64,000 nucleotides of DNA from an uncultured Desulfarculus sp. (lineage in GTDB: Bacteria > Desulfobacterota > Desulfarculia > Desulfarculales > Desulfarculaceae), in contig CAXXUK010000002.1 in the NCBI GenBank assembly GCA_963665125.2, positions 608,001 through 672,000 of the forward strand. The letters are read 5' to 3'. Each line of letters begins with the position of its first letter. Within the stretch, counting starts at the first letter, position 1. Below are positions 30,639 to 40,713 of this stretch, piece by piece. The notes below the pieces were generated by a model. It was not told the DNA's origin. It did not search any database and was given only the letters and a program-made list of their open reading frames with translations. A program made the position numbers and the translations under genes.

Positions 30639-31070
30639 ATGTATACGGTCATGCGTAGCGGCAAGGTTTACACCGGCAGGCTCACTCACGGGGCAGACCT
30701 GCTTGCCGAGTTGACAACAATATGCCGGGAAAAAAATATATTCCACGGCGAGGTCAAGGCCATCGGCGCCCTGAAAAAGGCCCGCTACGGCTACTATGAC
30801 CAAACAACCCGTAAATACGAGTATCTTGAATTCAACGAGCCCAGCGAGATTTTAGCCCTGGTGGGCAATGTGTCGATCTTGGGCGGCGAGCCCATGGTCC
30901 ACTGCCACATTACCATTGCCGATGAACAGGGCCGCGCTCTGGGAGGCCATTTGGCCGAAGGCTGCGAGATATTCGCCTGCGAATTCGCCATAACTGAATA
31001 CATCACCGAGATTCCGCTGCAAAGGGGCCCGGACGAGGAGACCGGCCTGATGCTTTGGCAGCCGTGGTAA
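30639..31070 (+). CDS. PPC/DUF296 domain protein
   Basis: RL.HG.DLL, AIGAL, EILALVGNVS, HCHITI.D..G.A.GGHL. Confidence 0.9.
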   Translation: MYTVMRSGKVYTGRLTHGADLLAELTTICREKNIFHGEVKAIGALKKARYGYYDQTTRKYEYLEFNEPSEILALVGNVSILGGEPMVHCHITIADEQGRALGGHLAEGCEIFACEFAITEYITEIPLQRGPDEETGLMLWQPW

Positions 31071-31097
31071 GCAACGGACCCATTTGCCTGTAAACGG

Positions 31098-31127
31098 AAA
31101 GGCCCTCCCCCAGCGGGGAGGGCCTTT
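31098..31127. terminator. Bidirectional terminator
   Basis: AAAGGCCCTCCCC-cagc-GGGGAGGGCCTTT between convergent genes. Confidence 0.85.
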
Positions 31128-31152
31128 GAATTACCGCAAGGCGGCGTAAGGC

Positions 31153-32322
31153 TTAATGGTCGTGCAGACCGCCGTGCTCGGCCTTGACCGACAGGGCCAC
31201 CTTGTAGAGCACCGTGACGATCAGGAAGCCGATGGCGTAGACGCCGGCGCTGACCAGCAGTTCCAGACCAGTAGGCATATACTCGGTAACTTCGTGCAGC
31301 GGGTTGGGTACGAAGCCGCCGGCCATCATGCCCATGCCTTTGTCAATGTAGGTGCAGATGAACACCAACACGCAGGCAACGGGCAGGATTTTTTCGTTCT
31401 GGCGCCACTTGGGCACGATCAGCAGAACGATGGCGCTGAGACCGGCGAACAAGGCCGTCCACATAATCGGCACCATGCTGTCGTATCCGTGGTAACCGAA
31501 GTACAGGTACTGGATGTGAGCCATGTGGCTGGGGATCTGGCTGTAGAAGACCGTGAAGCATTCCAGCGCGAAGAAGAACAGGTGCAGGATGATGCAGTAG
31601 GTCACGATCTTGGCCAGGGTTTGCAGGGCTTCCTTGCCGGGGTCGAACGAAGACACGCGGCGAACGATCATGCCCAGCAGGATCAGCACTGCGGGGCCGG
31701 CCGCGAAGGCCGAAACCAGGAATCGCGGAGCCATGATGGCCGTCAGCCAGAAGCCGCGGCCGGGCAGGCCGGCATACAGGAAGGCCGTAACCGTGTGGAT
31801 CGAGACAGCCCAGGGAATCGAGAGATAGATCAGGGGTTTGACCCACTTGGGAGACGGCACGCCCTTGCGCTCGGCCTCCAGGGTGGTCCAACCGATAATC
31901 AGGTTGAGGAACAGGTAGACATTGAGCACCACCATGTCCCAGAACAGAACCGAATTGGGCGTGGGATGCACAATGACGTTCATAAGGCGTTCGGGCTTGC
32001 CCATGTCGACGATGACGAACAGAAGACACATCGTCACGGCGCCGATGGCCAGGAACTCACCCAAAATGGTGATGCGTCCGAAGGTCTTGTAGTTATGCAG
32101 GTAATAGGGCAGAACCAGCATGACTGCCGAGGCGGCCACACCGACCAGGAAGGTAAGCTGGGCGATGTAGAAGCCCCAGGACACGTCGCGGCTAAGGCCG
32201 GTGATGGTCAGACCTTGCATGGCCTGAATCACATAGGCGCCGAAGCCGATGCCTATGACCACCAGCAGGGCCAGGACCCAACCCCAGTACTGCTTGTTTC
32301 CTTTTAATGCTAGATCAAGCAT
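31153..32322 (-). CDS. dsrP: DsrP, NrfD/PsrC-family membrane subunit
   Basis: TGLSRDVSWGFYIAQLTFLVGVAASAVM, DMGKPER, SIHTVTAFL; last gene of dsrMKJOP. Confidence 0.95.
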   Translation of the reverse strand: MLDLALKGNKQYWGWVLALLVVIGIGFGAYVIQAMQGLTITGLSRDVSWGFYIAQLTFLVGVAASAVMLVLPYYLHNYKTFGRITILGEFLAIGAVTMCLLFVIVDMGKPERLMNVIVHPTPNSVLFWDMVVLNVYLFLNLIIGWTTLEAERKGVPSPKWVKPLIYLSIPWAVSIHTVTAFLYAGLPGRGFWLTAIMAPRFLVSAFAAGPAVLILLGMIVRRVSSFDPGKEALQTLAKIVTYCIILHLFFFALECFTVFYSQIPSHMAHIQYLYFGYHGYDSMVPIMWTALFAGLSAIVLLIVPKWRQNEKILPVACVLVFICTYIDKGMGMMAGGFVPNPLHEVTEYMPTGLELLVSAGVYAIGFLIVTVLYKVALSVKAEHGGLHDH

Positions 32323-32330
32323 GACTTCCC

Positions 32331-33179
32331 CTAAATCAGGTAGAACACCTGGGGCTCGGTGCCCAGGCTGGGTTTACGCCTAATGCTGTAGCGATCGCTC
32401 AATGCCCTGCGGACATCGGAGCCGGCGTCGGCCATATCGCCGAAGAACAGCACCCCGGGTGCGGCCTGCACGCAAGCGGGCATCTGGCCGATGGCCAACA
32501 GCTCGGCGCAGAAGTTGCACTTCTCGACCACGCCCTTGGTGCGGGTGGGGTATTCGGAAGTGACTTCGTCCAGGCGCGGCTTGCCGGTTTCGGGGTCCTT
32601 CTGGTTGAAGTAGGCGGCCCGCGGGTCCTTGAAGTTGAACGAACGGGAGCCATAGGGGCACGCGGCCATGCAGAAACGGCAGCCGATGCAGCGGTGCATG
32701 TCCATCATCACGATACCGTCGGCACGCTGGAAGGTGGCCTGGGTGGGACATACGCGCACGCACGGCGGATTCACGCAGTGGTTGCAAAGGGCCAAGACCT
32801 TGGAGTGCATCACGTCGCCGGGAATGTACTGGTTTTCCTTCTCGGTGAAGGCATGACCGAACTCAGTCTCCCAGATCCACTTGATCTCCTGCTTGATTGG
32901 CCGGCCGTCTTCGTCGAGATACTGCGGCACGTTGTGCTGCTTGGTGCAGGCCTCGACAGCCGCGCTACAGGATTTGTCATCGAGCTTGGTGATATCGATG
33001 GCCATGCCCCAGCGGCCGCCCGCGCTAAGCGGAATACCCGACGGGTTCTTGACATATTTGGTTTCCAGCTCGGCGGCCTCTAGCGCCCCGGGTTTGAGCA
33101 ACTGCCACCCGGCGCTCAGACCGACGGCTGCGCCGATGCCCGTGACCTTGAGGAATTTCCTTCTATCCCAGGTCATCAC
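32331..33179 (-). CDS. dsrO: DsrO, periplasmic 4Fe-4S protein
   Basis: Tat motif DRRKFLK, CNHCVNPPCVRVCP, CIGCRFCMAACPY, EKCNFC. Confidence 0.95.
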   Translation of the reverse strand: MMTWDRRKFLKVTGIGAAVGLSAGWQLLKPGALEAAELETKYVKNPSGIPLSAGGRWGMAIDITKLDDKSCSAAVEACTKQHNVPQYLDEDGRPIKQEIKWIWETEFGHAFTEKENQYIPGDVMHSKVLALCNHCVNPPCVRVCPTQATFQRADGIVMMDMHRCIGCRFCMAACPYGSRSFNFKDPRAAYFNQKDPETGKPRLDEVTSEYPTRTKGVVEKCNFCAELLAIGQMPACVQAAPGVLFFGDMADAGSDVRRALSDRYSIRRKPSLGTEPQVFYLI

Positions 33180-33595
33180 TTCACCTCCTTGGGTTCGAGG
33201 TGGCAGTCCCAGCAGTAGGGGCTAATGGCCATGTAGTTATGGCAGCTGTCACAGAATGTCTTTTTGTTGCTATGGCACTTCATGCATTCGCTGGTCAGGC
33301 TGATTTTGTACTGGGCCACGGTTTTGCCGTTTTCGTCTTCAACGACAAAGATGCGGTCCTGCTGGCGGACTACATGGTCGCGCCAGTTGTCCAAGAGCAC
33401 CATGTGCGAGGTGCGCATGTAGTCCTTGCCCATTACGCAGGTCTCCGGCAGGTTCGCCTTTTTGGCGTACTCCAAGGCCGGCTTGGCGTCCGGCTTGGGC
33501 GGCGTGGAGGCGCTGCCGACGTTGGACCATAGCGGGTATGTGAAGATCACCAGGAATATTACGATTCCGGTGATGACCGGTTTGCTGTCGTACAT
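33176..33595 (-). CDS. dsrJ: DsrJ, triheme cytochrome c
   Basis: N-terminal TM, CV....MR.SHM.LL..WRD.VVR, three CxxCH motifs (CMKCH, CDSCH, CWDCH). Confidence 0.95.
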   Translation of the reverse strand: MYDSKPVITGIVIFLVIFTYPLWSNVGSASTPPKPDAKPALEYAKKANLPETCVMGKDYMRTSHMVLLDNWRDHVVRQQDRIFVVEDENGKTVAQYKISLTSECMKCHSNKKTFCDSCHNYMAISPYCWDCHLEPKEVK

Positions 33596-33597
33596 GA

Positions 33598-35223
33598 CTA
33601 GCCCTCCTCTCCGGCATCATCGGCCTCGCGGCCGGGAATTTCCTCGCCGCGGAGGTTGTACTCGCGGTCGCCTTCGCCTTCCATGATCAGAGCGTTGGCC
33701 ACAAGCTCGGTAACGCCGCAGACATCCACGCCAGGCACCCAGAAGTCCATCAGGGCCGGGAACACGGCGCGGTCGATGGCGCAAACGCAGCTGAGCATGT
33801 TGACGCCGTGCTCTTCGTGGACCTGCCGCACGGCGTTGGCCCTGGGCAGGCCGCCGCGCAGGCGCATTTCAAGATACTCGCCGGCGTTGAGGCCCGAACC
33901 GCTGCCGCAGCAGAAGGTCTGCTCGCGGATGGTCTGGGGGGGCATTTCGTAGAAGTTGTTGCAGACGTTGTTGATAACGTAACGTGGCTCCTCGAACATG
34001 CCCATGCCACGGGCCGGGTTGCACGAGTCGTGATAGGTCACCTTGATATGGTCGTTGCGGCTGGGATCGAGCTTGAGCTTGTCGTGCTTGATCAAGTCCG
34101 CCGTGAACTCGGTGATGTGGACCATCTTGGTGGAGTTGGCGTTTTCAAAGGCCGTGCCCGTGATAGGACTAACGGGCTTCTCCAGGAAGTCGGCCGGGCC
34201 GTTCATCGTATCCATGTACTGGTTGATGACGCGCCACATGTGGCCGCACTCGCCGCCGATGATGTACTTGACGCCCAAGCGCTCGGCTTCCGCGTACATT
34301 TTTCGGTTGAGCTTGCGCATGGTTTCGTGGCTGGTGAAGAAGCCGAAGTTGCCGCCCTCGGAGGCGTATGTGCTCCAGGTGTAATCAAGGCCGATGTGCT
34401 CGAAAAGCATCAGGTAACCCATGAAGGTGAAGATGCCCGGCTCGGCGAAGATGTCGCCCGAAGGGGTGACGAACAGGATCTCGGCGCCCTTTTTGTTGAA
34501 CGGCGGATCAATGCGCACGCCGACGTATTCCTCGATGTCGTCCAGGAGATATTCGGCATTTTCCTTGTAGGTGTGCGGCTGCAGGCCCAGGTGGTTGCCG
34601 GTGCGGCTGCAGTTGGCCACCGGGGTGCCGATCCAGTCGATCTGGCAACCCACCAGGTTCAACAGCTCACGGGCGATGATGGTGATCTCGGCCGTGTCGA
34701 TGCCGTAGGGGCAGAACAGGCTGCAACGGCGGCATTCCGAGCACTGAAAGAAGTAGTAGAACCACTCTTTGAGTACGTCTTCGGTAAGTTCGCGGCCGCC
34801 GGCCATCTTCTTGAGGACTTTGCCCAGGGCGGTGAAGTCCTGGCGGTAGACGCTACGGAGCAACTCGGCCCGCAGCACCGGCATGTTTTTGGGGTCGCCG
34901 GAACCGATGAAAAAGTGGCACTTGTCGGCGCAGGCGCCGCAACGCACACAGATGTCCATGAACAGCTTGAAGCTGCGGAACCGGTCCAGGCGGTCCTTGA
35001 TGCCGGTTTTTATGATGCCCTGCCAGTCGGCGGGCAATTTCCAGTCGCTGTCGGTGGGGCTCCACTCACGAGGGTTGGGCGCGTGGACGTATTCCAAAGA
35101 TTCAGGCTTGACCGCGTAGAGATAGGTGCCCTCGCGGAACTCCGGCTTGGTGTCCATCCAGGGCTGTTTGGGCGGCTTGTGGCTAATCTGGCCCAGTACA
35201 TCTGCGCTTAATTTTTTTGCCAT
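33598..35223 (-). CDS. dsrK: DsrK, HdrD-like Fe-S protein
   Basis: CVRCGACADKC, CSECRRCSLFCPYGIDT, GECGH, HDSCN, CCGSG, CAID. Confidence 0.96.
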   Translation of the reverse strand: MAKKLSADVLGQISHKPPKQPWMDTKPEFREGTYLYAVKPESLEYVHAPNPREWSPTDSDWKLPADWQGIIKTGIKDRLDRFRSFKLFMDICVRCGACADKCHFFIGSGDPKNMPVLRAELLRSVYRQDFTALGKVLKKMAGGRELTEDVLKEWFYYFFQCSECRRCSLFCPYGIDTAEITIIARELLNLVGCQIDWIGTPVANCSRTGNHLGLQPHTYKENAEYLLDDIEEYVGVRIDPPFNKKGAEILFVTPSGDIFAEPGIFTFMGYLMLFEHIGLDYTWSTYASEGGNFGFFTSHETMRKLNRKMYAEAERLGVKYIIGGECGHMWRVINQYMDTMNGPADFLEKPVSPITGTAFENANSTKMVHITEFTADLIKHDKLKLDPSRNDHIKVTYHDSCNPARGMGMFEEPRYVINNVCNNFYEMPPQTIREQTFCCGSGSGLNAGEYLEMRLRGGLPRANAVRQVHEEHGVNMLSCVCAIDRAVFPALMDFWVPGVDVCGVTELVANALIMEGEGDREYNLRGEEIPGREADDAGEEG

Positions 35224-35226
35224 GGT

Positions 35227-36294
35227 TTATTCCTTTTCCCCCTGGTCGTCAGCAGGCTCTTCCTGGGGCTCCAGCGGCTTGTCCACCGGCAGACCGGCCT
35301 CGACCATCAGCTCACGGAACTCGTCCTCATAGGCCTCGTAGGTGTGATACTTGACAGGCTCGGTCATCCAGGGGTTGATATGACGCACGGAACGGCTGTT
35401 GTTGGCCAGGTTGCGGGTGGGGCTCAGGAACACGCCGCCCATGTGCACCAGCTTGCTGAACGGGAAGTAGGCAAACAGGACGCTGACCAAGAACAGGTGC
35501 ACGTAGAACATGCCGCTGATGCCATCGGGAACCGTCGGGCTCAGCGTGGCCAGGCCCATGGTGAGTTCCTTGATGGTGACGACATCCACACGGATGAGGT
35601 AGCGCTGCAATATGCCGGTCAGGGCGATGCCGATTATCAGAAACAGCGGGAAATAGTCGGCCGGCAGGCTGATGTAGCGCACCTGGGGAATCCACAGGCG
35701 GCGGATCAACAGCAGCGTGGCCATGCCGCCGAGCACCAGACCCGAAAGCAGCAGAGCCGGCAGGCCGATCTCGATGAACGGGGTCATGACCTCGACCTTG
35801 AAAATGCTGTCGGCTTTTTCCAAAAGCTGGATCCAGCCGGGGATGGGGTCGGTGAAGAAACGCGCATGCCTGAGCAGGGTCACCAGGAAGCTGTAGTGGA
35901 ACAGGATCGCGAACAGCCAGAGAAATTTCTCGGAGCTGTAACGGATCTTGGGCCCTTCCCGGAAATCCAGTTTCATATTCCGGAAAAGGCTCCGGAACAA
36001 CAGCACTTCAATCGCCATGCGGATAAAGGCCATGCCGCCAGTCGAGGGGTTCTCGATGGCTTGGGGCTTGATCCACGGCAGCGATTTTTCCTGGCCCGCG
36101 GTAGTGGGGATGCGGAAGGGCACAGGCGATTTGGCCCAATCCACGACGCGGTAGACCATCCCGATAAAGAAGGTCAGAACCGCGGCGTAGGGTACGATCA
36201 CCCCGAACAAAACGCGGAGGCCAGCCCCCTCAACTCCCACATAAGCGATTACGCCCAGAACGATAACCGCTAGTAAAGAGATGATGACGTTCAT
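35227..36294 (-). CDS. dsrM: DsrM, NarI-like cytochrome b membrane subunit
   Basis: W..SPVPFRIPTT.GQ.KSLPWI, FHYSF, RH.RFF, H..LV..L.AYFPFSKL.HMGG.FLSPTRN. Confidence 0.96.
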   Translation of the reverse strand: MNVIISLLAVIVLGVIAYVGVEGAGLRVLFGVIVPYAAVLTFFIGMVYRVVDWAKSPVPFRIPTTAGQEKSLPWIKPQAIENPSTGGMAFIRMAIEVLLFRSLFRNMKLDFREGPKIRYSSEKFLWLFAILFHYSFLVTLLRHARFFTDPIPGWIQLLEKADSIFKVEVMTPFIEIGLPALLLSGLVLGGMATLLLIRRLWIPQVRYISLPADYFPLFLIIGIALTGILQRYLIRVDVVTIKELTMGLATLSPTVPDGISGMFYVHLFLVSVLFAYFPFSKLVHMGGVFLSPTRNLANNSRSVRHINPWMTEPVKYHTYEAYEDEFRELMVEAGLPVDKPLEPQEEPADDQGEKE

Positions 36295-36315
36295 AAACTG
36301 CTACCTCGCTTCCTG

Positions 36316-36858
36316 TTAACTTTCACTTTCGCCGTCATCCTCATCCGGCCCCTCCTGCTCCACCAGCATTCCCGCGCGGCGAAACAGCATGAAGGCGTTG
36401 GATTGCAGTTCCTTGGCCTTGAGCTTGTAGATGTCCTCGCGCACGGTCATGTAAATTTCGAAGGAGATCAGAGCCAAACGGTCTATCTCCTTGTCCATCT
36501 CCCACAATTCGTCGGCAAGGGCGCCCTTTTTCAGTTCGCCCGAAAGCTCCAAGCGGATTGCATGCTTGAGGGCGAAAACGAATGCGAGAGCCTCGGACGG
36601 GGTGAAGTCCTGAATGGCCCGGATGCGGATGATGTTATCCAAAAATTCCGACGCCTTGGTCGGCTCGACTCCCGTGAGGATCAAGTCGAAAAGGCGTTCT
36701 GTTTCGATGTTGATGGTAGCACCCACCGGGTTAGCGAAGCGGTCCTTTTTACTTTTTAAAAACTGGGCCGTTTCAGCGGGGTATGTTTCTACGATGCTTT
36801 CCATCCAGCGCTTGACGATAGCGCTCTTTTTTTTGGCCAGTAGTTCCTTGAGTGCCAT
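36316..36858 (-). CDS. dsrT: DsrT (RsbRD N-terminal domain protein)
   Basis: I..RW...I..TYP...FL...KDRFANPVG, IIRIRAIQDFTPSEAL.FVF.LK; directly upstream of dsrM. Start ATG 36858. Confidence 0.9.
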   Translation of the reverse strand: MALKELLAKKKSAIVKRWMESIVETYPAETAQFLKSKKDRFANPVGATINIETERLFDLILTGVEPTKASEFLDNIIRIRAIQDFTPSEALAFVFALKHAIRLELSGELKKGALADELWEMDKEIDRLALISFEIYMTVREDIYKLKAKELQSNAFMLFRRAGMLVEQEGPDEDDGESES

Positions 36859-36907
36859 GCTTAAAAAGATGTTCCTTACGCAGTCGACAGCCACGGCAAA
36901 CCGAACC

Positions 36908-36936
36908 GTTCGAAATATTTAGTTAATATTTCGAAC
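36908..36936. promoter_or_regulatory. Dyad (12-bp arms) upstream of dsrT, candidate operator
   Basis: GTTCGAAATATT-tagtt-AATATTTCGAAC, a perfect inverted repeat about 50 nt upstream of the dsrT start. Confidence 0.55.
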
Positions 36937-37267
36937 ATGCCGCGGCTGGGTCGCGAGTTTAGTTTTTTATCCGGTTAATACGCCGAAACGTTTAGATATC
37001 ACATAGTTTGCCGACCCGTCAAGATCGGCGCGCCCACACTTTCGGCGCACACCAATCGGCTAATAATTAGTTAGCGTCGAAACAAACGCTCCTCTCCCAC
37101 ATCTTAGCCGACATCTACGGCATAGACCATTTTTTACATGTTCTGTCAAGTACAATCGGCATTTGAGGCCCCAACCGGCGGAGCAAAAACAGGGGCGCGG
37201 GCTTAACCACGGAGTCAATTATCCGTGGCCGGGCCCGTAGTTCCAATTGCCTCTTGGCGGGTGGTGC

Positions 37268-38384
37268 CTATTTGGCCGTTGCGCTCACGTCGGGAAAGCC
37301 GGAATCTACTCCGGTAACCGGTATGGTAAGCACCCGCTTTCCCTCGGGGTCCATGGCCTTGAACTCCACCTTTTTGATCGTCAGGTTGTTATAAGTTCGG
37401 AAGTAAATCCGCAGGTTTGTCAGATCGTTTACGGTGGTCCACTGGGTGAGGTCGTATGCGGTCTCGCCGCCGGACGATACAGCCCTGGACGCGCCGATGG
37501 GGATATCGATGTTGTTGATGATGTGCCAGGCCAGATTGACGCCCTGGGCAGCGGTTTTCACCGGGAGGGCGTTTTGGGCCAGGGCCACGGCGCGGACAAA
37601 CCGCGAGGGAGGGGTGAAGTCGCCGGGCAGGCCCAGCAAGCCCGAGCCCTGGCCGGTGGCGCTGAGCTTGAGCTTGCGCATGTCCAGATCCGGCACATTG
37701 ACCGCCGACAGGTTTACGTAGTTGCGCAGGTTGATAATGTGCCAGTCAAAGGTCGGCGCATTGGTGGTCACGCCCACCGGATTGTCGAAGATATTCAGCT
37801 TGCCTTGGGTGTATTCGATCACGATTGCCGCGCCGGTGTTGTCAACCACGATGCAGTGCATGGGCATGACATAGCCCTTGCCAAAAGGCTCAAAAGGCGC
37901 GTCGACCACCCGTATGCCCGTCATGGCCTGGTTTCACCTGGCCGACATCCGGAAAATTGCCCAGCAGCCAGTCGCCCAGGTCAACCGGATTCAGACTTTG
38001 GTCCGCCTTGGCGGCTTCCAGGGGCATGTACTTGGCAAAGCCGGGGAAAAAGAATCCGCCCACATACAGGCCCTTTTCGTTCAGGCCCTCCAGGAGGTGT
38101 TTGGTGCCCATCAGGTTCATGCCCATGATGGCGTATTTGTTTTGCCAGGCCTTGCCCGTTAACCCATTCCCCAAATCAGAGGCGAATTTTTGCCCCCTTG
38201 GGAAAAACAAAAGGTTGGATTTGAGCTCAAGACCAACCTCCATGGTCCGGGCGAAGATCACCGTTCCATCGGTGGTTTTCACCTCGACTCCGGTGCAGGC
38301 CCGGGTCGGTCCCGCGCAAGCCAGGGACAAAACAGCCGCCAGGGCGGCGGTGAAGAACAATCTGAAAATCATATGGGAAGCCAT
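37268..38384 (-). pseudogene. Choloylglycine hydrolase / penicillin V acylase (Ntn-hydrolase) family gene split by a +1 frameshift
   Basis: ORF 37890-38384 has a signal peptide then CTG..V...DG.VIFARTME...EGLNEKGL; ORF 37268-37924 has H..V.D.TG...VIEY, TTNAPTFDWH..NL.NY, LPGDFTPPSRFVRA. Deleting one base at 37930/37931 joins them (..DVGQVKQAMTGIRVV..). Confidence 0.8.
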
Positions 38385-38532
38385 GGGTTCGTCTCCTAAT
38401 ATTTAGTATGGTGCGCAGGCTGTACTACTTAGATTGACTGCTCTCGGCTGTCCGGTTACAAGCGCATGATATCATTTAATATGGCGCGGATTATCTTATG
38501 GTGGAAAAAACGTACTCTTCCAGGGGAATGAC

Positions 38533-39129
38533 ATGCCCGCTTACACCGGAATAAACCACATGGCCATGGTCACCGGCGACATTGAAGCCACGATACGTTT
38601 CTGGCGCGACCTGCTGGGCATGCGCATGGTCGCCGGCATAGGCCAAAAGGATTTTCAGATCTATTTCTTCGAGGCCGGCGCGGACATGATCGGGTTTTTT
38701 CACTGGCCCGGGGCCAAGCCCATACCGGAAAAAGACCACGGCTTCCCGGCCAAGGGGCCCGTGGCCTTTGACCATGTCTCCATCGGCGTTCAACGGCGTG
38801 ACGAGCTTTGGGACCTCAAGGACCGGCTGGATGCCGCCGGATTCTGGGTGTCCGAGGTGATGGACCTGGGCTTTATCGAGTCGCTGTATTCCTTCGACCC
38901 CAACGGCATTGCCATTGAATTCAGCTGGCCCAAGCCGGGAATCGACCTGCACCGGAGCCCGGCCCTGGTCGGCGGCCGGCCGGCCTCCGCTGCCCTGGAA
39001 GGGCCGGAGCCGCAATCCGGGCATTGGCCCGAGCCAGCCGAACCCACCAAACCCCAAGACAGGGTGACCTATCCCGGCGAAGGCGGCGATTTGGCTGATC
39101 CGGCCAGCAATATCTGGAAAAATGAATAA
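38533..39129 (+). CDS. VOC / glyoxalase family protein
   Basis: GINHMAMVTGD..AT.RFW.D.LG, FDHVSI, SLY.FDPNGI.IEF. Confidence 0.9.
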   Translation: MPAYTGINHMAMVTGDIEATIRFWRDLLGMRMVAGIGQKDFQIYFFEAGADMIGFFHWPGAKPIPEKDHGFPAKGPVAFDHVSIGVQRRDELWDLKDRLDAAGFWVSEVMDLGFIESLYSFDPNGIAIEFSWPKPGIDLHRSPALVGGRPASAALEGPEPQSGHWPEPAEPTKPQDRVTYPGEGGDLADPASNIWKNE

Positions 39130-39186
39130 TAACCGCCCCCAGTCCGTATTGGTCCGGGGAGCGGCCTTGGGTTTTGTTTCGCGGCC

Positions 39187-39708
39187 TTATTGCGCCCTGG
39201 TCAGGGTGAACGTGCCCGTATCGCCGTTGGAGTCGGTGTATGTGCCGTTAATGCTGTTTTGCGTATATGCCCCGTGGAATTGCGAACTGTAGCTGCCGCC
39301 ATCGCTTTGGGCAAAGCCAACGTCTATGGTGCCCGGACCGGTTGAATTGCAGGTTCGCCCATCCAGTGTGCCCGTGATCGGCGTCCCATTGACCGTGATC
39401 GTGGCCGTGCCATCGATTGACGTGCCGTTTTGCAGGATATGGGCGCTGATAGGCCCGCTGCCACCGCCGGAATTGCTGGTCCAGGTGCCCGTCCACTGGC
39501 CTGTGAGGAATCCTCCGACGCCGGATTCGGGGGTGGGCAGGGGTGTGGGGGTGTCGCTTGGCGTACCGCTTGGCGTACCGCTTGGAGTATCGCTTGGCGC
39601 CGATGGCGGCGGCTCGTAGGACCCGCTGCCGCCGCCGCTTTGACAGGCTACGATCCAAATCCCAAGCGTCAGCGCCAAAATGACGATGGTGATCGGATGC
39701 TTTTTCAT
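39187..39708 (-). CDS. Lipoprotein with Pro/Ser/Thr linker and small beta-rich domain
   Basis: GAGGAGG RBS; MKKHPITIVILALTLGIWIVAC lipobox; LTGQWTGTW...GTFTLTR beta-rich domain. Confidence 0.75.
   Translation of the reverse strand: MKKHPITIVILALTLGIWIVACQSGGGSGSYEPPPSAPSDTPSGTPSGTPSDTPTPLPTPESGVGGFLTGQWTGTWTSNSGGGSGPISAHILQNGTSIDGTATITVNGTPITGTLDGRTCNSTGPGTIDVGFAQSDGGSYSSQFHGAYTQNSINGTYTDSNGDTGTFTLTRAQ
39555..39600. repeat. 12-bp in-frame tandem repeat (about 4 units) encoding PSDT/PSGT
   Basis: cgcttggcgtac x2, cgcttggagtat, cgcttggcgc. Confidence 0.85.
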
Positions 39709-39909
39709 GACAGCCTCCTCATGAAAACCGATCATTCGGCGGATTGCCGCCGCGCAGTTGCGTCCCCCCGCAAACTGCCTGCCCGCATTTGGCGATTTGT
39801 TTGTTTCTAAGTATTATGCTAAATGCCTAGCATATATATGGGCAATAAAAAAATATAATAAATTCAGTTTATTATGATAGGGGCACCGTGGCGTGTGCGG
39901 TTTGTTTCG

Positions 39910-40713
39910 TTAGTGAATGGTTTCGCTGAAGGCGGCGACAAGGCCGTTGATGTGTTCCGGCTCTTCCAGGGTCATGAAATGGCCGCAGTATTCAAGGCGT
40001 TGGAACTTGGTTTGATGGCAGGCGGCCTTGAGTTCGTCGCGGTCGGTGCGCCAGCGTGAACCGGCCACGTACAAAAGCGGCTGTTTGTAGCGCCTGGTGG
40101 CTCCGTCCTGCCAGTTGAGCATTTCCTCCAGCAGCGCGGTCATGACGTGTTGCGGTGTCTGGGCCATGCGCCGCCAGATTTGCTCCTTTAAAGCCGGGTC
40201 GGCCCGGGGCGTGAACAGCGACTCGAAAAAGCCCCTGAACGCCTCCAGGTAGCCGGGCCCCTCCATTTGGTCGATCAGCGGCTCCAGTAGCGGTTCCAAC
40301 TTGGGGCGATGGATGAAAAGAGTGCTGTCCAGGGCTACCATGGCCTTGACCAAACCCGGATGCCGATCGGCCAGCTCCATGGACACGGCCCCGCCCATGC
40401 TATGGCCGACGATAAGTATCTGCTCCCAGCCGAGTCCGGAGCAGATCGCGGCGCAGTCGTCGGCAAATCCGGCAAATGTGTATTTCTGGCGGGGTTTGTC
40501 GCTGAGGCCGTGACCCCGCAGGTCCACGGCAAGCACCTGGTGATTGCCGGCCAGCGCCTTGATCTGATGCGTGAAAAAAGCGCTGTCGCAGCTGTTGCCG
40601 TGGATCAGCAACAGCGGCGGGCCCGAGTCCCCGGCCAGGCGAAAGGCCAGCCGCACGCCGTCATGGCCCAAATATTCGGGCCGGGGCAGTTGTCTCTGGT
40701 CGAACAGAAGCAA
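39910..40713 (-). CDS. Alpha/beta-fold hydrolase
   Basis: LLIHG, DLRGHG.SDKP, nucleophile elbow GHSMGG, GHF..LE.P. Confidence 0.92.
   Translation of the reverse strand: MLLFDQRQLPRPEYLGHDGVRLAFRLAGDSGPPLLLIHGNSCDSAFFTHQIKALAGNHQVLAVDLRGHGLSDKPRQKYTFAGFADDCAAICSGLGWEQILIVGHSMGGAVSMELADRHPGLVKAMVALDSTLFIHRPKLEPLLEPLIDQMEGPGYLEAFRGFFESLFTPRADPALKEQIWRRMAQTPQHVMTALLEEMLNWQDGATRRYKQPLLYVAGSRWRTDRDELKAACHQTKFQRLEYCGHFMTLEEPEHINGLVAAFSETIH

Noticed and set aside
39797..39824. TTATGCTAAAT resembling a XerD half-site (dif); a similar word occurs near 48062
   Set aside because: No XerC-like arm at the required 6-bp spacing in either case.
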